Assembly (NCBI GenBank): GCA_027051905.1
Contig: JALUGO010000017.1
Location: 46,554 to 78,553 of the forward strand
DNA length: 32,000 bases
Source: Desulfurobacteriaceae bacterium
GTDB taxonomy: Bacteria > Aquificota > Aquificia > Desulfurobacteriales > Desulfurobacteriaceae
Direction: 5' to 3'
Every line of letters begins with the position of its first letter. Position 1 is the first letter of the stretch. Shown piece by piece: positions 1 to 9,788 of this stretch. The notes under the pieces were generated by a model. It did not search any database, was not told the origin of the DNA, and saw only the letters and a program-made list of their open reading frames with translations. The position numbers and the translations under genes were made by a program.

Positions 1-1515
1 CCCCGTCACATCAACGTTTTTTCAATTCAGGGACTTGTCAGACACATGCTTTCAGATATTGGTAGGGTAAGTTTTGTGAAGGATTCAAATGCTGTAGTAG
101 TTACAGATAAAGAGAAAAATATTCGAAGACTTCTTCTAATCCTTAATAGGATAGATAGGTCACCAATAAAACTTCAGATAGCTTCTTTTTCTTTAAAGCA
201 TGCTAAGGCTAAGGAAGTAGTTAAGATATTGTCTACTATTCTCGATAAAAGTTTTGCTTTTGATGTTGCTAAAACTGTTCTTATTCCTGGTAGAGATTAC
301 TATCATTTTGCTATTGATAGTAGAACTAATACAGTTTTTGTTGTTGGAACACCAGGAGTTATAGAAAGAATAAAAACTCTTTTGAGTCAGGTTGATACTC
401 CAACTCCTGTTAAGGAGGAAAACATACATATATATAAGTTGAAGTATGCTTTTGCAGAAGATACTGCAAAAGTATTAAACGCACTCTTTAAAGAAACAAA
501 AAATAAAAATTACGGTTTGACAGGACCTGTAAAAGTTGTTGCTGATAAAGGAAGCAACTCTCTTATCATTCTGGCTTCATCTCAGGATTATATGGTGGTT
601 AAAGATGTAATAAGTAAGATTGATGTAAAAAGACCTCAGGTTTTTGTTGAGGTTCAAATTGTTGAAATGTCCATGGACAAGTTACTTCAGATGGGAGTTG
701 AGTGGAAGTTTCTTTCAAGAGGAGATTTAACTCCATTTGGCGGAAGTCTTTATGGAAACTTACCACTACAGCCAGGTTATCCTTCTGCATCTCCTGGTTT
801 GCTTTTGGGAATAGCAAAGTGGAGAGAAGGAACGCCAGATATAGGTTTACTCTTAAATGCTTATGCTAAAGAGGGAGGAGTAAACGTTATTGCAACTCCT
901 CAAATTCTGACCCTTGATAATGAGGAAGCTGAGATAAATATTTCGAAAGTTATTCCATACTCTACGGGAATTAAATACGATGCCAATAACAACCCGGTTA
1001 TTTCCTACGACTATAAAGATGTTGGTATAGTTTTGAAGATTACACCACATATTACTTCTTCCGGGGAAGTGAGGCTCAAGGTTTATCAAAGGGTTGAAGA
1101 TGTTGTGGGTTATGCCAATGCTGATCAGACGGCTCCTATAACTTCTAAGAGAGAGGCCAAAACTACAGTTGATGTTCAAGATGGTCAGACACTTGTCATA
1201 GGAGGGCTTATAAAGAGTAAGAAATTGACCACTATTGAAAGAGTTCCTGTTTTAGGAAGTATACCGGTTATTGGAAATCTGTTTCGAAAAACCGGACATC
1301 AGATTGAAAAGACGAATCTTCTTGTTTTTATAACTCCCCATGTTGTAAGGAGTTTACAGGAAGAGAATGAACTTACGACCAGGAAAATTAATGCTTATCG
1401 TTCAAATATAGAAAGTATTCAGAGGGAAAGACGGGGAATTTTCTCTGACCTTAAAGGTTTTGGTAAGTTTGAACTTAATCAGGAGATAGAATTTAATGTT
1501 AAGGATCTCAACTGA
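1..1515 (+). CDS. Secretin, GspD/PulD-type, 5' end truncated by window edge
   Basis: Frame 1 is open from base 1 with no stop before the listed Met at 46, so the gene begins upstream of the window. C-terminal secretin domain motifs: ATPQILTLDNEEAEI, VPVLGSIPVIGNLFRK, NLLVFITPHVV. Confidence 0.85.
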   Translation, partial: PRHINVFSIQGLVRHMLSDIGRVSFVKDSNAVVVTDKEKNIRRLLLILNRIDRSPIKLQIASFSLKHAKAKEVVKILSTILDKSFAFDVAKTVLIPGRDYYHFAIDSRTNTVFVVGTPGVIERIKTLLSQVDTPTPVKEENIHIYKLKYAFAEDTAKVLNALFKETKNKNYGLTGPVKVVADKGSNSLIILASSQDYMVVKDVISKIDVKRPQVFVEVQIVEMSMDKLLQMGVEWKFLSRGDLTPFGGSLYGNLPLQPGYPSASPGLLLGIAKWREGTPDIGLLLNAYAKEGGVNVIATPQILTLDNEEAEINISKVIPYSTGIKYDANNNPVISYDYKDVGIVLKITPHITSSGEVRLKVYQRVEDVVGYANADQTAPITSKREAKTTVDVQDGQTLVIGGLIKSKKLTTIERVPVLGSIPVIGNLFRKTGHQIEKTNLLVFITPHVVRSLQEENELTTRKINAYRSNIESIQRERRGIFSDLKGFGKFELNQEIEFNVKDLN

Positions 1516-3100
1516 GAAAGAGTTTATAGATAGCTTAAAAACAGCGGGACTTATTCCTGAAAGAGAATTTTCTTCTTTTAGACAAATTTCTGGAATACTG
1601 AAATGGAATCTTTCTGAGCTGGAGGAGCTATTTACAAAGAACGGTTTCGAATTTAGAAGAGAGCTCCCACCAGTGGATGAAAATCTCATGCAAAGAGTTC
1701 CTTTACAGATTTTGAGGAAAGAGCGGTTAATTCCATTCTCTGAGGATGAAGATTTTGTCAAAGTTGCTACAGATAATCCTTTTAATTATGAGGGATTAAA
1801 GAAATTAGAATGGTTTTTCTCAAAACCGGTTAAGCCAGTTGTGGTTCCGTTTGATGAAGTGAACAGTTTCTTTTCATCTTCAGAGGCTTCTACGGAAGAT
1901 ACAGTCTCCCAAGAGTCTTACGGGGAAGACCTCCTTACAGTTGAGGAAGAGGCTCCAGCCGTCAGGTTTATAAATGAAATCCTTACCCTTGCCATAAGGA
2001 ACCGTGCCAGCGATATCCACTTTGAACCGTTCAGAGACAGAATGAGAGTAAGGCTCAGGGTTGACGGGGTTTTGAAAACTGTGAGGGAGCTCCCCGCCTC
2101 AAAAATCCCTCCCGTAGTCTCCAGGCTCAAAATCATGGCCAACTTAGACATTGCTGAAAAGCGCCTTCCACAGGACGGCCGTATAATGGTTCGCCTCGGC
2201 GGGAAAGAGATAGACATAAGGGTTTCGACCCTTCCAACCTATTTCGGAGAGAGAATAGTTCTGAGACTTTTGTCTAAAGAAAGCATTCTCTACTCAACGA
2301 AAGAGCTGGGTCTTCTTCCCGACGATTACGAAACGTTCTCTAACCTTATAAAAACCCCACACGGAATCATCCTGGTTACGGGACCAACCGGTTCTGGAAA
2401 AACGACAACCCTCTATGCAGCCCTTTCTGAAATAAACAGTGAAGAGATTAACGTTATAACTGTGGAAGATCCTGTAGAGTATCAGCTTGAAGGCATATCT
2501 CAGGTTCAGGTAAAGCCAGATATAGGTTTAACCTTCGCAAGTGCTCTCAGAAGCATTCTCAGACAGGATCCCGACGTAATAATGGTTGGAGAGATAAGGG
2601 ATAGGGAAACAGCAGAGATTTCGATTCAGGCTGCTCTCACAGGGCATCTGGTTTTCTCAACCCTCCATACCAACGATGCTCCTTCCTCCGTTGTCAGGCT
2701 TGTTGATATGGGAATAGAGCCATTCCTCGTTGCCTCTTCGGTTATAGGGGTAATTGCTCAAAGGCTTGTAAGGAAAGTCTGTCCCTACTGTAAAACCTCT
2801 TATAAGCCTTCTTCTCAGGAGCTTAAAGACCTTGGGATTCAAAATTATGAAGGTCTTTTCTATCGTGGAGAAGGTTGTGAGCACTGCTTGGGCATGGGAT
2901 ACCTCGGCAGAACAGCTGTTTATGAGATACTTGTTGTGGATAAAGAGATAAAAAAGCTAATCCTTGAAGGAAAGGACAGTGATGAGATTAAAGAGTTTGC
3001 TGTTAAAAGAGGAATGAGAACCCTCAGAATGGGTGGAGCTAAAAAAGTTATTATGGGAATAACCACTCCGGAAGAAGTTCTCAGAGTAACGAGAGGATAA
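1496..3100 (+). CDS. Type II secretion / type IV pilus assembly ATPase (GspE/PilB family)
   Basis: Walker A GPTGSGKTTT; Walker B/Asp box DPDVIMVGEIRD; His box TGHLVFSTLHTN; tetracysteine motif CPYC...CEHC. Overlaps the upstream secretin by 20 nt. Confidence 0.92.
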   Translation: MLRISTEKEFIDSLKTAGLIPEREFSSFRQISGILKWNLSELEELFTKNGFEFRRELPPVDENLMQRVPLQILRKERLIPFSEDEDFVKVATDNPFNYEGLKKLEWFFSKPVKPVVVPFDEVNSFFSSSEASTEDTVSQESYGEDLLTVEEEAPAVRFINEILTLAIRNRASDIHFEPFRDRMRVRLRVDGVLKTVRELPASKIPPVVSRLKIMANLDIAEKRLPQDGRIMVRLGGKEIDIRVSTLPTYFGERIVLRLLSKESILYSTKELGLLPDDYETFSNLIKTPHGIILVTGPTGSGKTTTLYAALSEINSEEINVITVEDPVEYQLEGISQVQVKPDIGLTFASALRSILRQDPDVIMVGEIRDRETAEISIQAALTGHLVFSTLHTNDAPSSVVRLVDMGIEPFLVASSVIGVIAQRLVRKVCPYCKTSYKPSSQELKDLGIQNYEGLFYRGEGCEHCLGMGYLGRTAVYEILVVDKEIKKLILEGKDSDEIKEFAVKRGMRTLRMGGAKKVIMGITTPEEVLRVTRG

Positions 3101-4308
3101 TGGCTGTTTTCTCTTACAAGGCTCTGGATAGTAGCGGCAAAGAAGTAAAAGGAGTAATAGAGGCACCGAATAGAAACAGTGCTTATGCTCTTTTAAAGAG
3201 TAAAGGAATTTATCCGTTAGATATAGTAGAGGAAAAAACTATCAATAGAAGTTCACATTTTTCAGCTTTTTTTAAGAAAAAGCCCTCTGCTACCGAGCTC
3301 AATCTTTTTTTCAGGACGCTTGCTACCCTTTTAGATTCTGGGATTCCCATTGTTGATGCAGTTAACTCCTTTACAGAAGATGAAGAGAAGAAACATCTCA
3401 GGGTTTTCTATAAACAGCTTGTGGATGCTCTGAAAGAAGGGCTTTCATTTTCAGATTCATTAAAAAAAGCTGGAATTGATGATCCTGTTATAATTGTTCT
3501 TGTTTCTTCAGGTGAGCGTTCTGCTCTTCTCTCAAAGAACCTGATAATGGCTGCAGAGTTATTGGAAAGACGGGAGTCTATAAAAAATAAAGTTCTTCAG
3601 GCTTTAATTTACCCATCTGTTCTTCTTGTGGTAGCCTTTGGAGTTGTTGTTTTTATGCTGGTTACGGTAATTCCTAAAGTGAAGGCCATCTATTCTGCTG
3701 CAAAATTAGAACTTCCCTTTTCAACTAAACTGCTTCTTACTGTTAGTTCCTTGATTCTCAATCACTACTTTACTCTCCTGCTTGTTATTTCTTTTTTAGG
3801 TCTTTTTCTAGTGTTTATGTCAAGAAGAAAAAAGGAAACCTTTGACCGAATTAAACTAAAGCTACCTTTTATAGGCAGTCTTTTTGCTTACGCTGAGTTG
3901 GTTAAGTTTTTTACAACGTTTGGAGATCTTCTTTCAGCTGGTGTTCCAGCTGTGGAGGCCTTTAGAACAGCTACGGAAACTGTGGTTAACTTGCATTTAA
4001 AAAAACAGCTTCAGATAGTTCTACCGGAATTTGAGAAAGGGGCTTCTCTATATTCTCTTCTATCAACTGTTTCCCAGATTCCAGGAATTGTAATACAGCT
4101 TATAAAAGCTGGAGAGAATTCAGGCACCCTTTCTTCTATGAGTCTCCGTGTATCGAGGTTTTTAGAAAATGAGGTTAACTTTAAACTTAAGAACTTGACT
4201 TCGCTTTTAGAGCCTGCTACTATGCTAATGGTAGGTATAGTAGTTGGATTTGTTGTGTATGCTTTACTCTTACCAATTTTAAGCATAAGCACTATAAAGG
4301 GTATATGA
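3100..4308 (+). CDS. Inner-membrane platform protein (GspF/PilC family)
   Basis: Typical N-terminus MAVFSYKALDSSGKEVKG; two repeated GspF-type halves with hydrophobic transmembrane segments. TAATG stop/start overlap with the ATPase gene. Confidence 0.88.
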   Translation: MAVFSYKALDSSGKEVKGVIEAPNRNSAYALLKSKGIYPLDIVEEKTINRSSHFSAFFKKKPSATELNLFFRTLATLLDSGIPIVDAVNSFTEDEEKKHLRVFYKQLVDALKEGLSFSDSLKKAGIDDPVIIVLVSSGERSALLSKNLIMAAELLERRESIKNKVLQALIYPSVLLVVAFGVVVFMLVTVIPKVKAIYSAAKLELPFSTKLLLTVSSLILNHYFTLLLVISFLGLFLVFMSRRKKETFDRIKLKLPFIGSLFAYAELVKFFTTFGDLLSAGVPAVEAFRTATETVVNLHLKKQLQIVLPEFEKGASLYSLLSTVSQIPGIVIQLIKAGENSGTLSSMSLRVSRFLENEVNFKLKNLTSLLEPATMLMVGIVVGFVVYALLLPILSISTIKGI

Positions 4309-4323
4309 CTTAGAGGGTAGGAG

Positions 4324-5379
4324 ATGTTATCTGTAAACTGGTTAACAAAGTTTTTAAAAGGTTCCAGTTACCTGGTTCCAGCACTTGATATAGGAACTTC
4401 TTCTTTAAAGTTGGTTCAAACTGAAAGAAAAGGAAGTTCTTATAAAGTAAAAGTTTTTGGTCATAAGGAGTATAGCGAACAGATATTTGCTGGGACGGAA
4501 ATAATAGATGAGTTTGAATTGACGAAGAATATAAAAGAATTGTATGAAGAACTTTCTTTAAAGGATAAGGAAGTAACAATTCATGTTCCTCTTTCAGCCT
4601 GTTTTTATAGCGTAATTAGCATTCCTTCCTCAAAAGATCCAGAAGAGGCTGTGGTTGATTATATGAAAAGCATAATAAATCCTGACGAATTTTCTCTTGT
4701 TAACATAGATTATAAAATTTTACCAGTTTCTGTTGAAAAAGGGAATCTCGACGTAGCTATTGCGGCTGTTCGTGAAGACTTTTTAGAGAGGAGAATGAAA
4801 ATTCTTAGAGAAGCGGGGCTTGTTCCTGTAGTTGTCGATATAGAACCTGCTGCTATCAATAATCAATTTTACTTAAATAATCCTGAAAAAACCATATCAC
4901 CTGTCTGTTTGGTTGATATAGGAGCTTCGTTTACAAAGGTTGTTGTTTCTTTTGGTGGTTATCCTTACATAACCAGAAATGTGGAAATAGGAGGGCAGAC
5001 TATAAATGAACAACTTCAAAAAGAGTTCATGTTAAGTGCTGAAGATGTTGAAATGTTGAAAAGAGGGGAAAAGGTTAAGGATATTGCTTATGATGAGGCG
5101 TTTCAGGTTATAAAGAAAATTTTAAGAAGGATAGCTACTGAAATAATGTGGACTGTAGATAATTTCAAAGATAGATTTAATTTAGAGGTTGAGTCTATTT
5201 ATCTTTATGGGGGATCTTCGAAGTTGAAAGGAATTTCAGAACTTTTTAAAGAGTTAACTGCTATTGAGGTTGTGAAAGGAGATCCTCTGGGATTTTCTGG
5301 AATATTTGGAAATGAGGAATTTGCGGTTGCCGCTGGATTAAGTATTAGATATAAGGGTGACGAAAATGCTAAGGTTTAA
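4324..5379 (+). CDS. pilM: Pilus assembly protein PilM (actin-like ATPase fold)
   Basis: LDIGTSSLKLV and VDIGASFTKVVV phosphate-binding-like motifs. Sits first in a PilMNOPQ-ordered gene set. Confidence 0.8.
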   Translation: MLSVNWLTKFLKGSSYLVPALDIGTSSLKLVQTERKGSSYKVKVFGHKEYSEQIFAGTEIIDEFELTKNIKELYEELSLKDKEVTIHVPLSACFYSVISIPSSKDPEEAVVDYMKSIINPDEFSLVNIDYKILPVSVEKGNLDVAIAAVREDFLERRMKILREAGLVPVVVDIEPAAINNQFYLNNPEKTISPVCLVDIGASFTKVVVSFGGYPYITRNVEIGGQTINEQLQKEFMLSAEDVEMLKRGEKVKDIAYDEAFQVIKKILRRIATEIMWTVDNFKDRFNLEVESIYLYGGSSKLKGISELFKELTAIEVVKGDPLGFSGIFGNEEFAVAAGLSIRYKGDENAKV

Positions 5380-5929
5380 TTTCGCTGAAAAAAAAGAGTC
5401 AAAATATATAAAATATGTAAGGCCAGATTTGCTTTTTTCTCTATTGGTTTTATTGATTGTGGCGGCTGTGACTTATAGTTACACCTCGTCGGTTAGTGAA
5501 GAGATAAATCGTACTCAACAGCAAATTGTGAAACTTCGTAGCGAGATAAACCGTTTAAGCCGGGTTCAGAGGAAAGAGAAAGAGTTAATATCTATTAAAA
5601 AAGAACTTCAGAGGAAGTTAGAAATAGTTTCTCAACTTGATAAAAATCGCAAGGTTCCAGAGTTTCTTTACTTTTTTGCAGATCCCACAAATGTTAAAGG
5701 AATATGGTTAACAGATCTTCATTATTCCGGGAGAGAACTTCATTTAGCCGGAGGAGTGCTGGATATTGAAGCGTTTCCGAAATTTCTGGGAATTGTAGAA
5801 AGCAGGCTAGGTAAGGTAACGTTTAAAAGGACAGATAGGGCAGTTTATAGTAGCAGGAAGTTGGATTTTTCTTCAGTATACTACAGATTTACTTTTGATG
5901 TGGAGTTGAAAAATGGATCAAATCGTTAG
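5357..5929 (+). CDS. pilN: PilN-like pilus alignment protein
   Basis: Short cytoplasmic N-terminus, one transmembrane helix (LLFSLLVLLIVAAVTY), then a coiled coil. Position after pilM supports the call. Start is either GTG 5357 or ATG 5366; both overlap the pilM end. Confidence 0.65.
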   Translation: MTKMLRFNFAEKKESKYIKYVRPDLLFSLLVLLIVAAVTYSYTSSVSEEINRTQQQIVKLRSEINRLSRVQRKEKELISIKKELQRKLEIVSQLDKNRKVPEFLYFFADPTNVKGIWLTDLHYSGRELHLAGGVLDIEAFPKFLGIVESRLGKVTFKRTDRAVYSSRKLDFSSVYYRFTFDVELKNGSNR

Positions 5930-6515
5930 TTTTTATGAAAAATGGATCCAGCTTCCAAGATGGCAGAAATGGCTGCTTATCTTACTTTTGGGAATGGTGT
6001 TAATGCTTTTAATCTATTATTTTAAGATTTTACCTATGAAGGAAACTCTAGAAAAGAAGCGTAGAGAGGCTCGTTCCCTTGCCCTCACGGTTAATAGATT
6101 AAAGCTCGTTGAGAAAAGAAAATCTTTATTAATGAAAGAATTGGAGGAACTTAGAAAAAGGATTAAAGAAATTGAAGAGAAACTTCCATCGGGAAAGGAA
6201 GAAGTTAGTCAAATTATAAGGACAATTACCACTTCCGATAGTGGTATGGTTATTAAGTCTATTCAGAGAGAAAGAACTAAAAGTCATCGTTACTATGTGG
6301 AATATCCTTACAGAGTTGAACTTTTAGGAACATATCCATCTTATATTCATTGGTGCGAGAAATTATCTCGTGCTAACAGAATTATAAACTTTGGCCCTAT
6401 GAGAATAGAAGCTGTTCAAACTTCAGAAAAACAAGCATCTAAGAAGAAAGCTTTTCCTTCACGGGCTACTATAAAAATAACTCTTGAGGTAAAAGCTTTT
6501 ACATTGTTGGAGTGA
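5913..6515 (+). CDS. pilO: PilO-like pilus alignment protein
   Basis: N-terminal transmembrane helix (WLLILLLGMVLMLLIYYF), coiled coil, then a C-terminal globular part. Synteny between the pilN-like and pilP-like genes. Confidence 0.6.
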   Translation: MDQIVSFYEKWIQLPRWQKWLLILLLGMVLMLLIYYFKILPMKETLEKKRREARSLALTVNRLKLVEKRKSLLMKELEELRKRIKEIEEKLPSGKEEVSQIIRTITTSDSGMVIKSIQRERTKSHRYYVEYPYRVELLGTYPSYIHWCEKLSRANRIINFGPMRIEAVQTSEKQASKKKAFPSRATIKITLEVKAFTLLE

Positions 6516-6519
6516 GGTC

Positions 6520-6939
6520 ATGAAAATTTTGCTTGGTATTATTGCAATTTTTTGTATGTCTGCACATGCTACCGGATTGGTAGATCCATTTGTGAATCCT
6601 CTTCAGATTAAAGAAAGAGAATTAATGAAGCTTAAGGAGCAGTTAAAGGAACGGAATAAAAAAGTAGAGAGAAAAAATGATTTCTTTAAGCCAGTTATAA
6701 ATAAACCATTTGAAAAACTTAGTATACAAGGGGTTATAGAAGCTGAAGGAAAAACTTTTTTAGTTTTGTATGACCCTGAGACGGGAGAGACCTTTCTTCT
6801 CAAAGAGGGTGATGCAATAAGTTCTTCGGAGAAAATATATAAATTGTCTGCTAAAAAGGTTGTTCTTGTTAAGTATTTTTACAAAGATGGCAAGATTAAG
6901 AAAGCTTATAAAACACTTAATGTTAATGTGGAGGAGTGA
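6520..6939 (+). CDS. PilP-like periplasmic protein
   Basis: Signal peptide MKILLGIIAIFCMSAHATG. C-terminal beta-rich segment (GVIEAEGKTFLVLYDPETGETFLLKEGD) resembles the PilP core. Lies directly upstream of pilQ. Confidence 0.5.
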   Translation: MKILLGIIAIFCMSAHATGLVDPFVNPLQIKERELMKLKEQLKERNKKVERKNDFFKPVINKPFEKLSIQGVIEAEGKTFLVLYDPETGETFLLKEGDAISSSEKIYKLSAKKVVLVKYFYKDGKIKKAYKTLNVNVEE

Positions 6940-6943
6940 AACA

Positions 6944-8917
6944 ATGTTTGGGAAGGTTTTAACTATAGCTTTCTTATTTCCACTAGTTTCATATGCCGGG
7001 CAACTTACATCTGTTGATTTTCTCTACTCTTCAGAGAATTTAGGTGGCCAAAAAAGGGATTATCTTGAGATAACTATGGAAAAAAAGGGAGATTGTTCTG
7101 TAATACCTGAAGTTAGAAAAGGGAAAAAAATAGTTCTGGATCTTGTTAAGTGTGAAATTTCGAGGCCATATTCAATAGGAGAGAGAGGCGATTTTGTAAA
7201 GAAAGCAGTAATAGTTCCAGATCCTAACGGTTCAAAATTGCTAGTAGAGCTTAAGAAATCAGGTTATTTGGAATTAAAAGAATTTGCTAATAAGTTTAAA
7301 CTTAGAATTATTGAAGGAGGATTTGTTAAGCCTGAAATAAATGCTATTAGAACTTTAGAGGGAGAGGAAATAGTAATAGATTTTCACTCTCCTGTTAGTC
7401 CTACATTTAAAAAGATAGGAAACAGATTTATTTTGACTGTTCCTTCTCTGAAGTTAGAGCCAGGAAAAAAAGATGTAAGATATAAATATGTAAATTCTGT
7501 TTCTTTTTCTAACTCTCCAGATGGAGGGATTATTACATTAAGGCTTTCACCGGAGGTGGCAGCAGTAGAAGTTTTAACAAAGGAAAATCAGGTTTTTGTT
7601 AAACTCTTAACTAAAAAAGGAACTTATGCTAAGAAAGATGGAGATAGTATCAAATCTGAGGGTCTTAGGATAGCACTTCAATTTACCAATGCTGACGTGA
7701 AATCGGTTGTAAAAGCTATTGCTGCTGTAGCCAACGTTAATGTCGTTTTTGATCCTGAAGTTAAAGGAAAAGTTGATGTAAACTTTAAAAATCCTGTTCC
7801 CTGGAAGGAAGCATTAAAAGCAGTTCTTGAGCCTCTTTCTTTTACCTATATTGAGACAGCAGACTATATCCGAGTTTTACCCAAAACCAAAATAGTAAAA
7901 GAAGAAAAATTAGAACCTGTTGCTAACTATGTGGTTTCAGTTAACTATGTAAATGCTGAAGATTTGGTTAAGGATATAAGACAGCTTATAGGTAGCTCTA
8001 AGAGGGAAAAAATAGCTGTTAATAAACAGACAAATTCCTTGCTCCTTAAAGTTACTCCTGATCATTATAAAGAAATACTTAAACTTCTAAGACAGATAGA
8101 CAGACCCAGAAAACAAATTTTGGTAAAAGCTAAAATTGTTCAATTAAGTTCTAAAGCAGAGAAGGATTTAGGTTTTTCTTGGTATATAAGTGGATATAAC
8201 AGATGGGGAAATTCAGGATCTTACACTACGGGTAGTTATGGTTTTAACGTTGCTGGGTATTCGCCTTTAATTACCCCGGATTCTATTAATGACTTTTCTA
8301 AGATTCCAGTAATGGATTCTACACTTGCCCTTGGAATTCTTAACCGTTCTCAGACTCTAAGAGTAGAACTTGCTTTAAAGGCGCTTGAAGTTGATGGAGA
8401 GGCTCAGGTGGTTTCTTCGCCGAAAGTTTTAACTCTTGATAATCAAGAAGCTTCCATTGAGCAAGGTATAGAGATTCCTTATAGAGAATCTACAGTTGGA
8501 GCTGGAGGGGCTACTTCCTATAACATTAACTTTAAGAAAGCTTCATTAATTTTAAAAGTGAAGCCTCATGTTACATCAGATAACAACATTTTACTGGACT
8601 TGGAACTCCGTAAAGATTCGCCAAATTACGATTATGTTGCTATAACTGGTAGTGGAGAACCTGCAATAAATACAAGGAATGTGAAATCCAGAGTTCTCAT
8701 TCATAACGGAGATACGGTTGTAATTGGTGGTATTTATGAGAAAGAGAAAAATAAATCTGAGTCTGCTGTTCCAGGTCTTTCGAGAATTCCTCTCCTGGGA
8801 TGGCTTTTCAGGAACACCCAGACAACCGTTTCAAAGAAACAGATGGTTGTATTTATAACTCCGATAATTGTTGAGACTGGTGGTGAAAATACTGTAGAGA
8901 AGGTGGGGAGTAGATAA
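6944..8917 (+). CDS. pilQ: Type IV pilus secretin PilQ (AMIN-like N-terminal domains plus secretin domain)
   Basis: Start placed at ATG 6944 (MFGKVLTIAFLFPLVSYAG signal peptide), preceded by GGAGGAG at 6930-6936; the ORF-track start at 6860 would overlap the upstream gene. Secretin motifs: SSPKVLTLDNQEASI, VPGLSRIPLLGWLFRN, MVVFITPIIV. Confidence 0.88.
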   Translation: MFGKVLTIAFLFPLVSYAGQLTSVDFLYSSENLGGQKRDYLEITMEKKGDCSVIPEVRKGKKIVLDLVKCEISRPYSIGERGDFVKKAVIVPDPNGSKLLVELKKSGYLELKEFANKFKLRIIEGGFVKPEINAIRTLEGEEIVIDFHSPVSPTFKKIGNRFILTVPSLKLEPGKKDVRYKYVNSVSFSNSPDGGIITLRLSPEVAAVEVLTKENQVFVKLLTKKGTYAKKDGDSIKSEGLRIALQFTNADVKSVVKAIAAVANVNVVFDPEVKGKVDVNFKNPVPWKEALKAVLEPLSFTYIETADYIRVLPKTKIVKEEKLEPVANYVVSVNYVNAEDLVKDIRQLIGSSKREKIAVNKQTNSLLLKVTPDHYKEILKLLRQIDRPRKQILVKAKIVQLSSKAEKDLGFSWYISGYNRWGNSGSYTTGSYGFNVAGYSPLITPDSINDFSKIPVMDSTLALGILNRSQTLRVELALKALEVDGEAQVVSSPKVLTLDNQEASIEQGIEIPYRESTVGAGGATSYNINFKKASLILKVKPHVTSDNNILLDLELRKDSPNYDYVAITGSGEPAINTRNVKSRVLIHNGDTVVIGGIYEKEKNKSESAVPGLSRIPLLGWLFRNTQTTVSKKQMVVFITPIIVETGGENTVEKVGSR

Positions 8918-8936
8918 TAGGACAGATATTTCCGGT

Positions 8937-9788
8937 ATGAGGAACGGTTTTTTGGTAGTTGATAAACCTTCTGGTAAGACTTCTCATGATGTTGTTGATT
9001 TTGTGAGAAATCTCTTGAAGGGTGAAAAAGTTGGGCATACGGGAACTTTAGATCCTCTTGCAACGGGGGTTTTGATACTTGCCGTTGATAGGGCTACCCG
9101 CCTTTCAGAGTACCTCTTAAAGAATGATAAGGTTTACAGGGTAAAGGGGAGGTTTGGGTTTTCTTCTCCCACTTACGATATCGATGGGGAGCTTTCCCCC
9201 GTTGAATGTCCGGAAATATCAAAAGAGGAACTTGTTTCCATTCTTTCCCGGTTTACCGGGAAAATTCAGCAGGTTCCTCCTCCCTACTCGGCTATCAGGG
9301 TTAAAGGGAAAAGGGCGTATCAGCTTGCAAGAGAAGGGAAACCTGTAGAGCTCCCTCCCCGTAGCGTGGAAATCCACTCTTTGGAACTCCTTTCTTTTTC
9401 CTACCCGGATTTCGAGCTGTTAGTTCAGTGTTCTTCAGGAACCTATGTAAGGTCTCTGATTCACGATATCGGCAGGGCTCTTGGCTGCGATGCCGTTGTT
9501 GTGGAACTCCGCCGAACCTGCGTGGGAAAGATCTGCGAGGATCAGGCTGTTTCCCTTGAAATCCTTGAGAGAGAGGGGGTGGAACCTTTCATAAAACCTC
9601 CTCACGAGGTTCTTGGCTTTCCCGTGGTTAAACTCTCCGGGAAGAGGGAGCGGCTTTTCAGGAACGGAACTCCCCTTTCCCTTCTCCTCAAGCCCGGCCT
9701 CTACTCGGTTCTTTCAGAAACCGGAGATTTTATCGGCGTTGGCCGTTCAAACGGAGAGGTCTTGAAACCTGAAAAAGTTATAGCCTGA
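8937..9788 (+). CDS. truB: tRNA pseudouridine-55 synthase
   Basis: Catalytic motif GHTGTLDPLATGVL and YSAIRVKGKRAY; length typical of TruB. Confidence 0.92.
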   Translation: MRNGFLVVDKPSGKTSHDVVDFVRNLLKGEKVGHTGTLDPLATGVLILAVDRATRLSEYLLKNDKVYRVKGRFGFSSPTYDIDGELSPVECPEISKEELVSILSRFTGKIQQVPPPYSAIRVKGKRAYQLAREGKPVELPPRSVEIHSLELLSFSYPDFELLVQCSSGTYVRSLIHDIGRALGCDAVVVELRRTCVGKICEDQAVSLEILEREGVEPFIKPPHEVLGFPVVKLSGKRERLFRNGTPLSLLLKPGLYSVLSETGDFIGVGRSNGEVLKPEKVIA

